This document shows positions 1 through 9,556 of a stretch of 64,000 bases of DNA, piece after piece (the stretch's first letter is position 1; each line of letters starts with the position of its first letter). The notes beneath the pieces were generated by a model, which was not told the origin of the DNA, did no database searches, and saw only the letters and a list, made by a program, of their open reading frames with translations. Origin of the DNA: a virus (taxonomy: Duplodnaviria; Heunggongvirae; Uroviricota; Caudoviricetes); IMG/VR virus record IMGVR_UViG_3300028592_000006, positions 1 through 64,000 of that record. One strand, given 5' to 3'. The position numbers and the translations under genes are program-made.

Positions 1-339
1 CTCTAAAGATGGAGTGACCATTCCGAAGCAAACGTGCAGGCTGGAAGGTCCAAGAGGGTTGGGATTTCACCGGGGATGGGCAGGGAGGCGTCCTTGGGAG
101 GCTGGCTGGTGTCATTGGGGGTGAAAACCAACGTTCTTCCAATGAATTCCATTTAAAGGCCTCTAGGAGCCTCTGTGGCTGGAGATGGGGGTCTTCTGGC
201 ACTATGTGACGGAAGACTTCTGAAAAGCCCTATATGGAGGACTGTGGTGCCCGTAGTGGGCATGCCAAAGAATGAACAGTCCGACCAATCCGTAGGCCGT
301 CAGGCCGTAATAGAGGTAGAAGGAGTAGGGTAAAGTACA

Positions 340-430
340 AGGGGTATCTGCTTCTGTATCTGTATCTGCTTCTGCTATGTCCCAATGATGCGTGAGGGAA
401 TCGTGAAAAAACGTGAGAAACCGTGAGAAT
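340..430 (+). repeat. Direct-repeat cluster: TATCTGCTTCTG x2 (347-376) and four CGTGA(G/A) repeats at ~10-11 bp phasing (391-427); iteron-like
   Basis: Repeats read directly in sequence, located immediately upstream of replication-initiator-like gene at 470. Confidence 0.5.
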
Positions 431-469
431 TAAGATTGCAACCAGCAATGATTCCGTTAGGGTTTTGCC

Positions 470-892
470 ATGGCTTACATCAAGTTGTTTCAATCCATCC
501 TCACCTCCACCATCTGGTTGGAGGACGATTCCACCCGCATTGTGTGGATCACCCTCATGGCCCTTGCTGACAAACACGGGGAGGTTCAGGGAACCATTCC
601 GGGAATTGCCCGCCTTGCCGGAGTTCCGGTCGATGCGTGTCGTGCTGCCTTCACCAAATTCCTGGCTCCCGATCCTGACTCGCGAACCAAGGATGAAGGC
701 GGGCGACGGCTCGAGGAGATCGACGGAGGATGGGCTTTGATCAACCACGCAAAATACCGGGCCTTGGCTTCCAAGGATAATGAGAAGGAGAAGTCGGCAG
801 CACGCTCCAAGCGTTACTACGACCGGAAAACCGGCAAAACCCCCGCCCTCACCAAGGAAGAAATCACCAGCATCCTCTATCCTGAAAAGTGA
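470..892 (+). CDS. Phage replisome organizer / replication initiation protein N-terminal domain-like
   Basis: N-terminus MAYIKLFQSIL..SxIWxEDDxTRIVWITLMALAD..G.VQG...IARLAGV resembles conserved phage replisome-organizer N-domain; overlapping minus ORF 230-748 has low-complexity antisense-type composition. Confidence 0.5.
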   Translation: MAYIKLFQSILTSTIWLEDDSTRIVWITLMALADKHGEVQGTIPGIARLAGVPVDACRAAFTKFLAPDPDSRTKDEGGRRLEEIDGGWALINHAKYRALASKDNEKEKSAARSKRYYDRKTGKTPALTKEEITSILYPEK

Positions 893-940
893 GTCTGTGC
901 CCTCTTAGTTGTAGCTAATACCCCGGACCCTGGTGCATCC

Positions 941-2719
941 TCACCGGTGCAAGCGCCGGCCGCAGGTGGTCCCCAGCCCAATCTTCTTCTTCTTCTGGAG
1001 CCACCCGGAGTTCGCCATCTTCGCCACCTTCTGCACCTCCACCGACTGGAACCTCCCCGAGCTGATGGCGCGATCTGCTGCCAGCAGCAGGGCGTCACAG
1101 AGGTCAGAAGACTTCTTGAGCCGCTTCTTGGCCTCCTCCTTGGACTCCACCCGCAGCGTGCGTCCCTCCTTCGGGTGATACTCACGTTCGACCAGCTCCG
1201 ACACCACCTCCTTGCTCAGGCCCGTCACCTGCCCCGAGCGGATGTATTCCTTGAGCTGAATCCACAGCTCCGAGTTCTTGTTGTAGAACCCCACGTCCTC
1301 GTTGCGGAACACCACCGTGCGCTCGGAGGCCTTCCCCTGGAAGTTGATCTTGTTGACCGCCGGCGACCACTCCATGTCCACAATGTGGCCGAAGGGGGTC
1401 CCGCTGCCGGTATTGTCCATCGCCGCATTCGACGGCCTCACCTGCCAGTCCTTGCACAGTTCGATCCACTGCCGCGCAATCTGGTGCGAGTGCGCAACCG
1501 CCTTGTTGTTCACATCCTCTGCCAAGGTCGCGTAATGGCAGAAGTGCAGGTGATCCCGGCCGTCCACCTTCCCCAGCTTGGCAATGACGGCACAGGATCG
1601 GTCCCCGTTGCGCGAGAACGCAGGGTCCAGACCCGACAAGGCGGAAGGCTCGAGGTCCCACGCCGGCTCATCCATCGACATGGCTCCCGAATTCAACAGC
1701 TCGGTCTCGGAGTAAATCGAATTGGCAGCCCCGTCCGGGCACCAGAATGCCTTCACGAACCGGTAGTAACCACGCGACTTGGTGCCGCCGCGGGCATCCG
1801 CAATGCGAGTGCAATAGGCCCGGTCAGGTTGCCAGTAACACTTCGCCCGCCGGCCATTCTTCCAGTCCTCCTCGGTGAACGTGTCCTCCTCCTCGATGCG
1901 GGGCGACTTCTCGGCATTCAACCGGATGCACTCCCCGTATTTGGTCTCCCACTCCTCGTCGTCCTCGGTGATCGACTTCCACCCGGCCTTCGGCTCCGAC
2001 AACTCCGCGAACGGGTCCGTCAGCTTGTCCGGGTTGGCCATGCCGGCAAAGATCATCCGGTCATTGGATGTCATGTTCTCAAACGCCGTCTTGAGAATGC
2101 CGTCACCCAGCTCGTTGAACTCGTCCGCCGCCACCATCACACACGGGTTCTTGATGCCCAGAAGGTCCTTGCACGCCTGCTCCGCGTCCGAATTGCCGGC
2201 AGCCATCAGCACCACCCCGCTGTTGCGCCACAGCTTTCCGTTCTGGTCCACCCCCTTGATGTAGCCGTCCGAGTCAATCAACTTGCCAGGGCACCCTTTC
2301 TCCACCGCCTGCCCCCAGAACTGCGTGATCGACTTCCAGATACGCATCCGCGCCGCCTGCTTGGTCGTGGACATCACGATGAAGTAGGTCTCCGCCGGCC
2401 GCGCCCAATACAGCATCAAGCCAAACAACGCCACCGTGTCGGATTTCCCCGAGCTCGATGAGCCCGCAATGCCAAGGAAGCGCTTCTTCTGCCAGTCCCT
2501 CACCAGCTTGCGCAAGATCCACTCCGTCCACCGGTTCCACACCACCCGCCGGATCGAACCCTCGCAGTTGAACGCCAAATCAATGGCGGCCTTCAGGTTC
2601 TGATACCGCTGCTCAGGGGTGCGCTGGATGTCATTCCCCTCACCGGCACGGGCAAAGAGAAAGAGGTTGGCCGCAATGGGACAGGTCCCATCCGGAAACT
2701 CGTATCCGTCAACAATCAT
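941..2719 (-). CDS. terL: Terminase large subunit
   Basis: 592 aa; Walker A-like GIAGSSSSGKSD in N-terminal ATPase; C-terminal nuclease-like region (DNTGSG...); antisense ORF 947-2461 is R/L/H-rich and spurious. Confidence 0.85.
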   Translation of the reverse strand: MIVDGYEFPDGTCPIAANLFLFARAGEGNDIQRTPEQRYQNLKAAIDLAFNCEGSIRRVVWNRWTEWILRKLVRDWQKKRFLGIAGSSSSGKSDTVALFGLMLYWARPAETYFIVMSTTKQAARMRIWKSITQFWGQAVEKGCPGKLIDSDGYIKGVDQNGKLWRNSGVVLMAAGNSDAEQACKDLLGIKNPCVMVAADEFNELGDGILKTAFENMTSNDRMIFAGMANPDKLTDPFAELSEPKAGWKSITEDDEEWETKYGECIRLNAEKSPRIEEEDTFTEEDWKNGRRAKCYWQPDRAYCTRIADARGGTKSRGYYRFVKAFWCPDGAANSIYSETELLNSGAMSMDEPAWDLEPSALSGLDPAFSRNGDRSCAVIAKLGKVDGRDHLHFCHYATLAEDVNNKAVAHSHQIARQWIELCKDWQVRPSNAAMDNTGSGTPFGHIVDMEWSPAVNKINFQGKASERTVVFRNEDVGFYNKNSELWIQLKEYIRSGQVTGLSKEVVSELVEREYHPKEGRTLRVESKEEAKKRLKKSSDLCDALLLAADRAISSGRFQSVEVQKVAKMANSGWLQKKKKIGLGTTCGRRLHR

Positions 2720-2721
2720 AA

Positions 2722-3759
2722 TCAGATCAGTCCGTTGTTCGACAGGTAGGAGCGCACCAGTGCGCGGCCATCCTCCTGGTCCTGCTTCTTGACCACCGCA
2801 GGGATGATCTTCGCAGCGGTGTCCATTAGCTTCTTCTGGGCCGCATCAGAAACACCCTCCTGCTTCTCACCCAGCGCTCGGAAGGTTCGACGAGCCTCCT
2901 CTGAGAACCCCTCGAAACGCTTGGATGGCTCCTTGCCCATCTCCCCGGAAAACCAGTCCCTGAACTCATCCTCCGTCTCAAACCGCTTTCCAGTCATCAG
3001 GAAGCGTTCCCGGTTTACCTTCCCAAGCCCGTTGATTAATTCCGCCGGCTTCGCAAGGTGGGACTCAGGAGCACCATTGATCGTCTCTCCCTTGCTGAAC
3101 GCGCCCCCTGACCCGTGCCCCACCTCGTGCTCCAGAATCGACATGAACTGCTTGTCGGCATCCGTCGAGAACTCACGACCCCATACCGGGTCCTCCTTGT
3201 TGAATATGCCATCCTGCAAGTTGCCGTAAATCGTCTCTTTCCCCTCCTTCCGGTTGAAACGCAAATCCACGGGATCAACCGTGTGGACGGTTTTGGTCTT
3301 CGGGTCATACACCGCCTCCTCAATCCCATCCATCTTCCCACTGCGCTGCTCACCCCAGCGGTCCCCACCCTCATGAAAGTTAAATGAGACCTCGCGAGGG
3401 CTCGTGCGGTTGAAGTCGGAAAGCCCGGTGAAATTAACACCTGAAAGCTCATATTTCCGAACTCCCTCCCGATTGTAGGCCTGATTGTCAGCCAGCGCCT
3501 CGCTGATCTCCTTCGCTGATCCATCCCGGGCTTCAGCCTTCAAAACGGGATTCCACTCATCCAGCGCAGCCTTCGCCTTCTTCGTCTCAGCCACGTAGTC
3601 CTTGCCGTAGTAAGGCCGCACAAGGTCATCAAACGATACCTTCCCTCCCTTCCCTCCACTCCCCCGCAAAGAAGCCATCACCTCAAGGTGCTCCTTCGGC
3701 ATCTTGCCTCCTGGAGCGTGAAACGCAGCCTTCGGCCGATCTTCCTTCTTCGTTGGCAT
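2722..3759 (-). CDS. Hypothetical protein with HExxH zinc-metallopeptidase-like motif (ILEHEVGHGSGG)
   Basis: 345 aa ORF immediately upstream of and co-oriented with terL (3-bp gap); HEVGH motif seen in translation. Confidence 0.55.
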   Translation of the reverse strand: MPTKKEDRPKAAFHAPGGKMPKEHLEVMASLRGSGGKGGKVSFDDLVRPYYGKDYVAETKKAKAALDEWNPVLKAEARDGSAKEISEALADNQAYNREGVRKYELSGVNFTGLSDFNRTSPREVSFNFHEGGDRWGEQRSGKMDGIEEAVYDPKTKTVHTVDPVDLRFNRKEGKETIYGNLQDGIFNKEDPVWGREFSTDADKQFMSILEHEVGHGSGGAFSKGETINGAPESHLAKPAELINGLGKVNRERFLMTGKRFETEDEFRDWFSGEMGKEPSKRFEGFSEEARRTFRALGEKQEGVSDAAQKKLMDTAAKIIPAVVKKQDQEDGRALVRSYLSNNGLI

Positions 3760-3959
3760 GCACCCCTTCTACCACAACAGTCAACCAACACCGATAACCA
3801 ACACCTCCTTACATGGACATCCTTTTATTTTTTCTTTTTGGATGGAAAACAAAATTTTCCGTGGGGAAGCCAACTCCTTGTCTGGGTGGCTGTGTAGTGG
3901 ATACGCGGTATCGACCTACACCCGCCGTCACCTAACCTGAACAGAAACAACGACATGCA
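3760..3959. promoter_or_regulatory. AT-rich divergent intergenic region (probable divergent promoters)
   Basis: Local AT-rich stretch ccttttattttttctttttggatggaaaacaaaatttt between diverging genes 2722-3759(-) and 3960-4397(+). Confidence 0.35.
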
Positions 3960-4397
3960 ATGAAACAAGAGAACATGAATACTACTACAGCAGCACAACC
4001 TGATACGACCATGAGCGAGAACCTGAACAATGTGAGCGCGGGCGAAGCGCGGCTGTTCGCCAATACCGTGAAGCAAGGGCTGACCAAGCCAAGCAGGCTG
4101 GCGAGGCCATTTGCCCGGCAGCTCTACAAGTGGCTGCGGGACCAGCAGGGGGCAGAGCCCTGCATGGATGGGCTGGTGAAGGGTAGGATCACCTACTGCT
4201 TCACCAAGGTGACGCCGAACCAGGTGCAATACAGCACCAGGGAGCTCACCGAGGAGGAGTTGGAGGACATCGAGGACTTGAAGGTGATTGCCGAGATGGA
4301 GGCCAATGGTGAGCTGGATGATGACAAGCTGATCAAGCCGGGCGATCCACGGCATGCTGAGATCATGGCCCTGCTGAAAGGAGGCACCGGTGAGTAA
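3960..4397 (+). CDS. Hypothetical protein
   Basis: 145 aa ORF with normal composition; overlapping minus ORF 3825-4448 is Leu-rich and antisense-type. Confidence 0.45.
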   Translation: MKQENMNTTTAAQPDTTMSENLNNVSAGEARLFANTVKQGLTKPSRLARPFARQLYKWLRDQQGAEPCMDGLVKGRITYCFTKVTPNQVQYSTRELTEEELEDIEDLKVIAEMEANGELDDDKLIKPGDPRHAEIMALLKGGTGE

Positions 4398-4766
4398 TCC
4401 CGTTGATCCCCGTCTCGCTTGCTGGCTGGCCTTTGGTGCCAGCGTCATCTACACCCTCATCCTCCTGTTCACCTGATGTTCGAGGACTGGATGGAGCGGA
4501 TGCTCCCACTCGCTCAGGAAGGCCCTCAGCAGCCTCCTGGGCGGGTTTTCGCAGTGGGTCAGCTACTCACTGCCAGAAAGAGCGGACGAAGGGCTACAGT
4601 GGCCTTCTCGTGCGCGCAATGGACTATTCTGGATTACGGGCGCTCGTCTCACCGGATGAGCACCAGCCGGGTGGTCAGGTTATACAGTGTCACCTAAATT
4701 GGTATCCACCGCTAGGGCGAGCAACTTATGGTGACATTGCTCAATCTAGCACAATGCGCAAACATC

Positions 4767-4934
4767 ATGAATTACTACCTATTCTGTCTTATTGTCCACC
4801 TTGGAGCCACCGTCATTGCCCTCTGGCTCACCTCACCGGTGCAGCCACCACCACGATGGACACCGGGCAAACCCAAGGAAACCACCCTCAAGGGCAAGCA
4901 CCGCGTCTATTGGATACCCATCGACAAGGACTAG
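4767..4934 (+). CDS. Small hypothetical membrane protein (one TM segment)
   Basis: Internal Met of ORF 4728-4934: MNYYLFCLIVHLGATVIALWL...; weak. Confidence 0.2.
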   Translation: MNYYLFCLIVHLGATVIALWLTSPVQPPPRWTPGKPKETTLKGKHRVYWIPIDKD

Positions 4935-5139
4935 TCCCCTGAACCCGAGGGCTCACATCACCACGGTGTGAGCCTTCCATTCAGGGGGTAATCCAACCCC
5001 TTGGCCTCCTTCCCATATCCCGCCCCTTTGTTTATTCCCCCGTCAATCATCGCCGGGACTGGTGCTGGTTACTCGTTGATTATCATGCTACCGCGCAGGA
5101 GAGCTTCGCTCTGGACCGTTGGGGTTGCTGTCCTATTAG

Positions 5140-5320
5140 CCGCTATTAGCGACATGGTGTCACAGGAACAATTCCAAGCGATTTCTTCACAGGAACAATC
5201 CTTTATAGGGTCTTTACAAGGCCTTTATGAGGCCTTCATGGGTAGTTTATGGCCATGGCAATGCGCTCTGTGGGGTGTGATGGCTGTTCTCTGGGTGACT
5301 GGTAACTTTTAGTTACCAGT
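5140..5320. repeat. Direct and inverted repeats: CTATTAGC x2 (5143/5153), TCACAGGAACAAT x2 (5160/5187), AAGGCC-n7-GGCCTT hairpin, and a perfect 8-bp-stem hairpin CTGGTAAC-TTTTA-GTTACCAG (5299-5319)
   Basis: Read directly; region 4400-5430 lacks convincing genes and lies just downstream of the TerS candidate. Confidence 0.4.
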
Positions 5321-5431
5321 CCCTAATGGTGAGGGGTGGTGTTGTTCCTTCTTATGGGGGACAGGGGAGAAAGCTCCTCCGCGAACCATGGGTGTGGCTA
5401 CAGTGCACAATGCAATGCACACCTATTAGCC

Positions 5432-6019
5432 TCACACATCCACCGTCACCTGCTTGGGGACAAACCCTTGGTTTGCAAGCACTGCTATGGAGACATTGGC
5501 TGTTGGTGCCTGTTGGCCTTCTGAGGGGTCGATGGCCTTGTCGAGGAGCTTTTGGGCTATTGCGGCCTCTTGGAATGAGGTGGGGATGGGAGACATGGCC
5601 CAGAAGCGTTCCATGGCCTTCTTGGCTCCTTGGTAGGATGCTTCACGTGATTGTTCGCCGCGTTGGGTCCATAGGGCAGCGAGGGCTTGGGCTGGATCAT
5701 TGGTTTCCTCCTTCGGGTTGTTCATGGCCCGTTGGATGCGTTGGGGTGTTGGCCATTGCTCCTTGTTGGCCCGTGAGTTGATGGTCTGCGGTTTGATGCC
5801 ATAGCGAGGGGCCAGCACGGTGGCGAGCTCACCGTGACAGTATAATGCGCGGATTACCGCCCAATCCTCATCCGAAACCTTCTTGTTCGGATTGCGCTGC
5901 ATCAGCACTGGCTTTTCTTCAGGCGGCATCGACTCGCTCATGGTTTCTTTATGGGATAAATCGCCCAAAAGCTCAACGTCAACTTCCCAAGTGGGTCTCG
6001 CCCTGATAGGGTCGCCCAT
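5432..6019 (-). CDS. HTH DNA-binding protein, candidate terminase small subunit
   Basis: HTH-like segment DEDWAVIRALYCHGELATVLAPRYGIKPQTINSRANKEQW; position upstream of terL in the same orientation; start uncertain (alternative Met at ~5941). Confidence 0.4.
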   Translation of the reverse strand: MGDPIRARPTWEVDVELLGDLSHKETMSESMPPEEKPVLMQRNPNKKVSDEDWAVIRALYCHGELATVLAPRYGIKPQTINSRANKEQWPTPQRIQRAMNNPKEETNDPAQALAALWTQRGEQSREASYQGAKKAMERFWAMSPIPTSFQEAAIAQKLLDKAIDPSEGQQAPTANVSIAVLANQGFVPKQVTVDV

Positions 6020-6145
6020 CCAAAAGGATCTCCTGCCTCGAATCAGGTGCGTCCATTGCGAAAACGAAATGCGCCCTCGTGCGTGCGGTGGGGATCAACG
6101 CGATCCATTCGAGCCACTGCGCCGCGAGGGTGTGCCATTTACACC

Positions 6146-6637
6146 ATGCAACCAACACTCGAATTCTTTCGCTCGATACTATCATACGAACCCGAAACCG
6201 GCCTGCTTCACTGGCTAAACAATCGAGGACGCAATAAGCGTAAAGGAAAGCAGGCTGGTTGGGTTGCAGAACGCGGATACATCGTGATCCAAGTAGAGGG
6301 CAAACAATACGCCGCCCACCGAGTGGCATGGCTCCTGATGACCGGTGAATTCCCGGCTATCCACATCGACCACATCGACGGAGTCACCTCCAACAATAAA
6401 TGGTCCAACCTGCGTCAGGCCACTCCTTCCCAAAACGCACAAAACCGGCGTTTATACAAAAACAACACCTCTGGACACAAAGGCATTTGCTATCACCCCG
6501 GCAAAAAGAAATGGATAGCGGTTCTTCGTGCTAAAGAGCAAAAACTATCCAAAGCATTCAAGGAACTTGAACAAGCCGTCGAATGGATGAAGCAAGCTCG
6601 TCTGGCTATGCACGGCGAATTCGCCCGCTTCTCCTAA
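6146..6637 (+). CDS. HNH homing-type endonuclease (HNH_3 plus AP2-like DNA-binding region)
   Basis: IDHIDGVTSNNKWSNLRQATPSQNAQN HNH motif; GHKGICYHPGKKKWIAVL AP2-like; start taken at internal Met of ORF 6047-6637. Confidence 0.75.
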   Translation: MQPTLEFFRSILSYEPETGLLHWLNNRGRNKRKGKQAGWVAERGYIVIQVEGKQYAAHRVAWLLMTGEFPAIHIDHIDGVTSNNKWSNLRQATPSQNAQNRRLYKNNTSGHKGICYHPGKKKWIAVLRAKEQKLSKAFKELEQAVEWMKQARLAMHGEFARFS

Positions 6638-6779
6638 CCTTATAGAGCTTTGATGATCTCCCAGTCTGCGGAGCTTACCTTGGCTGCCCGGGTGGTGATG
6701 ACGGCTCCCATGGGGATTACATTCGAGCCTTCGGCTTGGTGGTTGGACGTATCCATGCGTCCTGTTTTAACAGCTTTCC

Positions 6780-7073
6780 GTGGCAATGGCCACAACGTCG
6801 TCAGGTGCGTCACAGCCTGAACCAAAGAACAAAGCACTACTCGTTATGAAGACACACAATCCATTCAGGAAGCGCAGCAGGTATGACCGCATTTGCGTGT
6901 GGTTCAACGTCTCCGGTGTTCCGACCCGGCGCTATTGCACGAAAACCTACCGCACCCGTGAAGGAGCCTTGGGTTTGGTTCGCAGCAATGCGGATGGGAC
7001 TCACCGGCTTGCCACCGCTGCCCATGCAGCCTTCATCCACCCCGTCATTCTCATTGAGAAGCTCAAGCCATGA
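6780..7073 (+). CDS. Hypothetical protein
   Basis: 97 aa ORF whose TGA overlaps the ATG of the next gene (ATGA coupling typical of this block). Confidence 0.3.
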   Translation: MAMATTSSGASQPEPKNKALLVMKTHNPFRKRSRYDRICVWFNVSGVPTRRYCTKTYRTREGALGLVRSNADGTHRLATAAHAAFIHPVILIEKLKP

Positions 7074-7450
7074 AAACACTCGCCATTACCGTGAATAAGT
7101 TCGGCCGGGATCACCCGGTGGCGGACCTTCACCTCTACTGCGGTCGGACACCCAAGATGCCGCTCATTCCACCCATGGTAGATGCAGGCTTGGGTAATCC
7201 GTTCTGGATGGGTTCTGAAAAAGACCGCGACCAAGTCTGCGAGCAATACGCCGACATGCTCGATGCCCAACCGCTGCACCCACACTGGAAGCGCATCCGC
7301 CGAATTGCTGAACACCTAGTGGCGGGTCGCTCGGTGGCTCTCTACTGCTACTGTGCTCCCAAGCGCTGCCATTGCGACACCATCCGGGCGCACGCCATCC
7401 GGATTGCAACCGAATGGACCACCGATGAGCGCTTCGCGCTGGAGCACTAA
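7070..7450 (+). CDS. DUF4326-like protein
   Basis: Motif LYCYCAPKRCHCDTI characteristic of DUF4326. Confidence 0.55.
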   Translation: MKTLAITVNKFGRDHPVADLHLYCGRTPKMPLIPPMVDAGLGNPFWMGSEKDRDQVCEQYADMLDAQPLHPHWKRIRRIAEHLVAGRSVALYCYCAPKRCHCDTIRAHAIRIATEWTTDERFALEH

Positions 7451-7467
7451 TCAATCCACCTGATACC

Positions 7468-7680
7468 ATGAAAACCAACGTAATCACCGTCGTCCTTGAA
7501 AAGGAACAATCCGACGAAAGTGCCGCTCTGATTCTCGCTGCAATCCGCCAGATTAAGGGTGTGACTTCGGCTGAGGCAAATATTTCAGATGAGACTCAAT
7601 ACCTCGCGATCACACGAGCTCGCACCGAAATCCGCCAACAAATCGTCGAAATCCTCTACCCGAAAAACCAGCCTAAATAG
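7468..7680 (+). CDS. Hypothetical protein
   Basis: 70 aa ORF. Confidence 0.4.
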   Translation: MKTNVITVVLEKEQSDESAALILAAIRQIKGVTSAEANISDETQYLAITRARTEIRQQIVEILYPKNQPK

Positions 7681-7697
7681 CAATTCCCTACCAAACC

Positions 7698-9449
7698 ATG
7701 AAACATGCATTGAAAACCGTTGGAGGCTTGAACCCGGAGATGGTTCCGTCCTCGTTCTCGTTGCCCGACCTCATCCTTGAGGCTCTGGAGTCGTTGCAAG
7801 GCAAGCTCCCTCCCGAAGAGGATGAGTTGAACCTCGACCTGCTCACCAAGGACATCGTGTGGAACATGATGCGGAGGAAGTTCGGCAAATGGCTCCCCAA
7901 AGGCGCTCAGAGCGTCATTGAAGGCTCTTTGAAGGAGCTCCGGGCTATCGGTGAGGAACGGGGCTATCCCCTGTCTCACGACGAAGTGGTGGCCTCCTAC
8001 GCATGGAGCGCACAACGCATCCTCGAACTGGAGAAGTGGAAGGAGGAACAACGGGTCATCCGCCGGGCGACACAAGCCCTCGTCCGTCAGGAGACCACCA
8101 AGCAACTGGTCGATGGTCGGAAGGTCTGGGTGGACGCCACCGTCTATGAGCTTCCCCCGTTGGTTCAGCCCGATGGGAAGTCGCTGAAACACGCTCTCTC
8201 CCGTTATGCCTGCCGTCTCCCTGACGGCCGCACCGTGGACTTGGGCATGCAAGACGGCAACTGGGCACCGATAATGAGTGATGGTCCCGACATTGCCATG
8301 CAGCGCATTGCCAAGCGTCTCGGGATGGACATCCGCGGAGGAGCCCACACCATCTTGCAGGCTCTCACGGGTCAGAACGACATCATTCCTGCTTACCAGA
8401 CCATCTGGCACCGCGGGCAGTGGTTCACCATTGTGGGCTGGCAGAAAGATCCCAAGCTGACCAATTCGAGCTACTACCTCGATGGGACACAGCTCACCCG
8501 CATTGGGGACGACGAGAATCGGCTGACGATGTCCGAGCTGGACTACCACTTGTTGCGTGGTTCCGCTGAAACCGAGGTTCAGGACGAACAAGGTGAAGTG
8601 GTGGACTACCTCAACGAGGAGGAAGAGTTCTACGCCGAGGACGATACACGGGATGAAGACCCGCTTGATCCTCCGCTGGACCCTGAAATGTTCGACGAGG
8701 GCTCCGATGAGGTGGCGCTGATCTGGTTTGCCGGTGAGCAGTCCAATTGCACCGTGAAAGCCCGCTACAACCGCAAAGGGCAACGCCGGATGTTCACGGT
8801 GAGCGTGGGCACCACCAAGCCCGCCACGATGAACGAGGTGTGCTCTGAATCGACCATGCGGGCACTGGTTGAACAGCACAACTACCACTCCCGCCTTGAG
8901 GGACTGGCACAGCACCACGGCAACGTGGAGATGGAAGCCGTCCACGCCGCCAAGCGCCGGCAGCTGGAGCGCATGGCACAAATCCGTGACGAATGGATGC
9001 AGCCGCAATCGACCTGCCTCGTCCGTCACTGGTTGCCAGAGCACAAGAACGGGTTCGGCTCGATGCGCGGCACCGTCTCCGGCTCGCCGCTGATGGAGCC
9101 GGTTCGGACCTCTCCTGAGATGCTCTTAGTTCCGGCTAACGAAGTGGCTTCTGTGGGTCCTATCCTTGAGGTGGCGGAATTGGGTGAGCACCGGGTTTCG
9201 GTGATGCATCGCGTGCGGCGCTCCACAATCGCCGTGGTGGGCTTTGACGTGTCCACTGGCACTCCCATCCGGAAAGCCATCGCGCCTCGCTCACAGCCCC
9301 GTTTTGAGGCCAAGGACGCCTCGCCACGACTCAAGGAGACTCTTCGCCGGATCATTTGCACTGAACTGGAGAAAGGCACGCTTGAGCAAGAAGTCAGCGA
9401 CACCTTTGCCGCGGCTCTCGATGAGGCAATCCGTGCAGCTTGCGCGTGA
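7698..9449 (+). CDS. Hypothetical protein (583 aa) with acidic central segment
   Basis: Long ORF with balanced composition; antisense ORF 7656-9044 is R/L/H/G-rich and spurious. Confidence 0.6.
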   Translation: MKHALKTVGGLNPEMVPSSFSLPDLILEALESLQGKLPPEEDELNLDLLTKDIVWNMMRRKFGKWLPKGAQSVIEGSLKELRAIGEERGYPLSHDEVVASYAWSAQRILELEKWKEEQRVIRRATQALVRQETTKQLVDGRKVWVDATVYELPPLVQPDGKSLKHALSRYACRLPDGRTVDLGMQDGNWAPIMSDGPDIAMQRIAKRLGMDIRGGAHTILQALTGQNDIIPAYQTIWHRGQWFTIVGWQKDPKLTNSSYYLDGTQLTRIGDDENRLTMSELDYHLLRGSAETEVQDEQGEVVDYLNEEEEFYAEDDTRDEDPLDPPLDPEMFDEGSDEVALIWFAGEQSNCTVKARYNRKGQRRMFTVSVGTTKPATMNEVCSESTMRALVEQHNYHSRLEGLAQHHGNVEMEAVHAAKRRQLERMAQIRDEWMQPQSTCLVRHWLPEHKNGFGSMRGTVSGSPLMEPVRTSPEMLLVPANEVASVGPILEVAELGEHRVSVMHRVRRSTIAVVGFDVSTGTPIRKAIAPRSQPRFEAKDASPRLKETLRRIICTELEKGTLEQEVSDTFAAALDEAIRAACA

Positions 9450-9556
9450 AGCCCTTCGGGCTGGATTTGTAAGCGATCAGGGAGGTTCAGGAATCCGGTC
9501 AGGTGATCGGGTTCCTGGCCTTCCACCCACAAACCACAGAAGAAAGAGAGAGCAAT

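Noticed and set aside
230-748. 172-aa minus-strand ORF at the left end
   Set aside because: Low-complexity composition. It overlaps the plus-strand replisome-organizer-like gene, which has a recognisable conserved N-terminus.
947-2461. 504-aa plus-strand ORF overlapping terL
   Set aside because: R/L/H/P-rich antisense-type composition. The minus-strand frame has clear terminase motifs.
3825-4448. 207-aa minus-strand ORF
   Set aside because: Leu-rich antisense composition. The plus-strand ORF 3960-4397 looks genuine.
7656-9044. 462-aa minus-strand ORF
   Set aside because: G/H/L/R-rich antisense of the 583-aa plus-strand gene. All neighbouring genes are on the plus strand.
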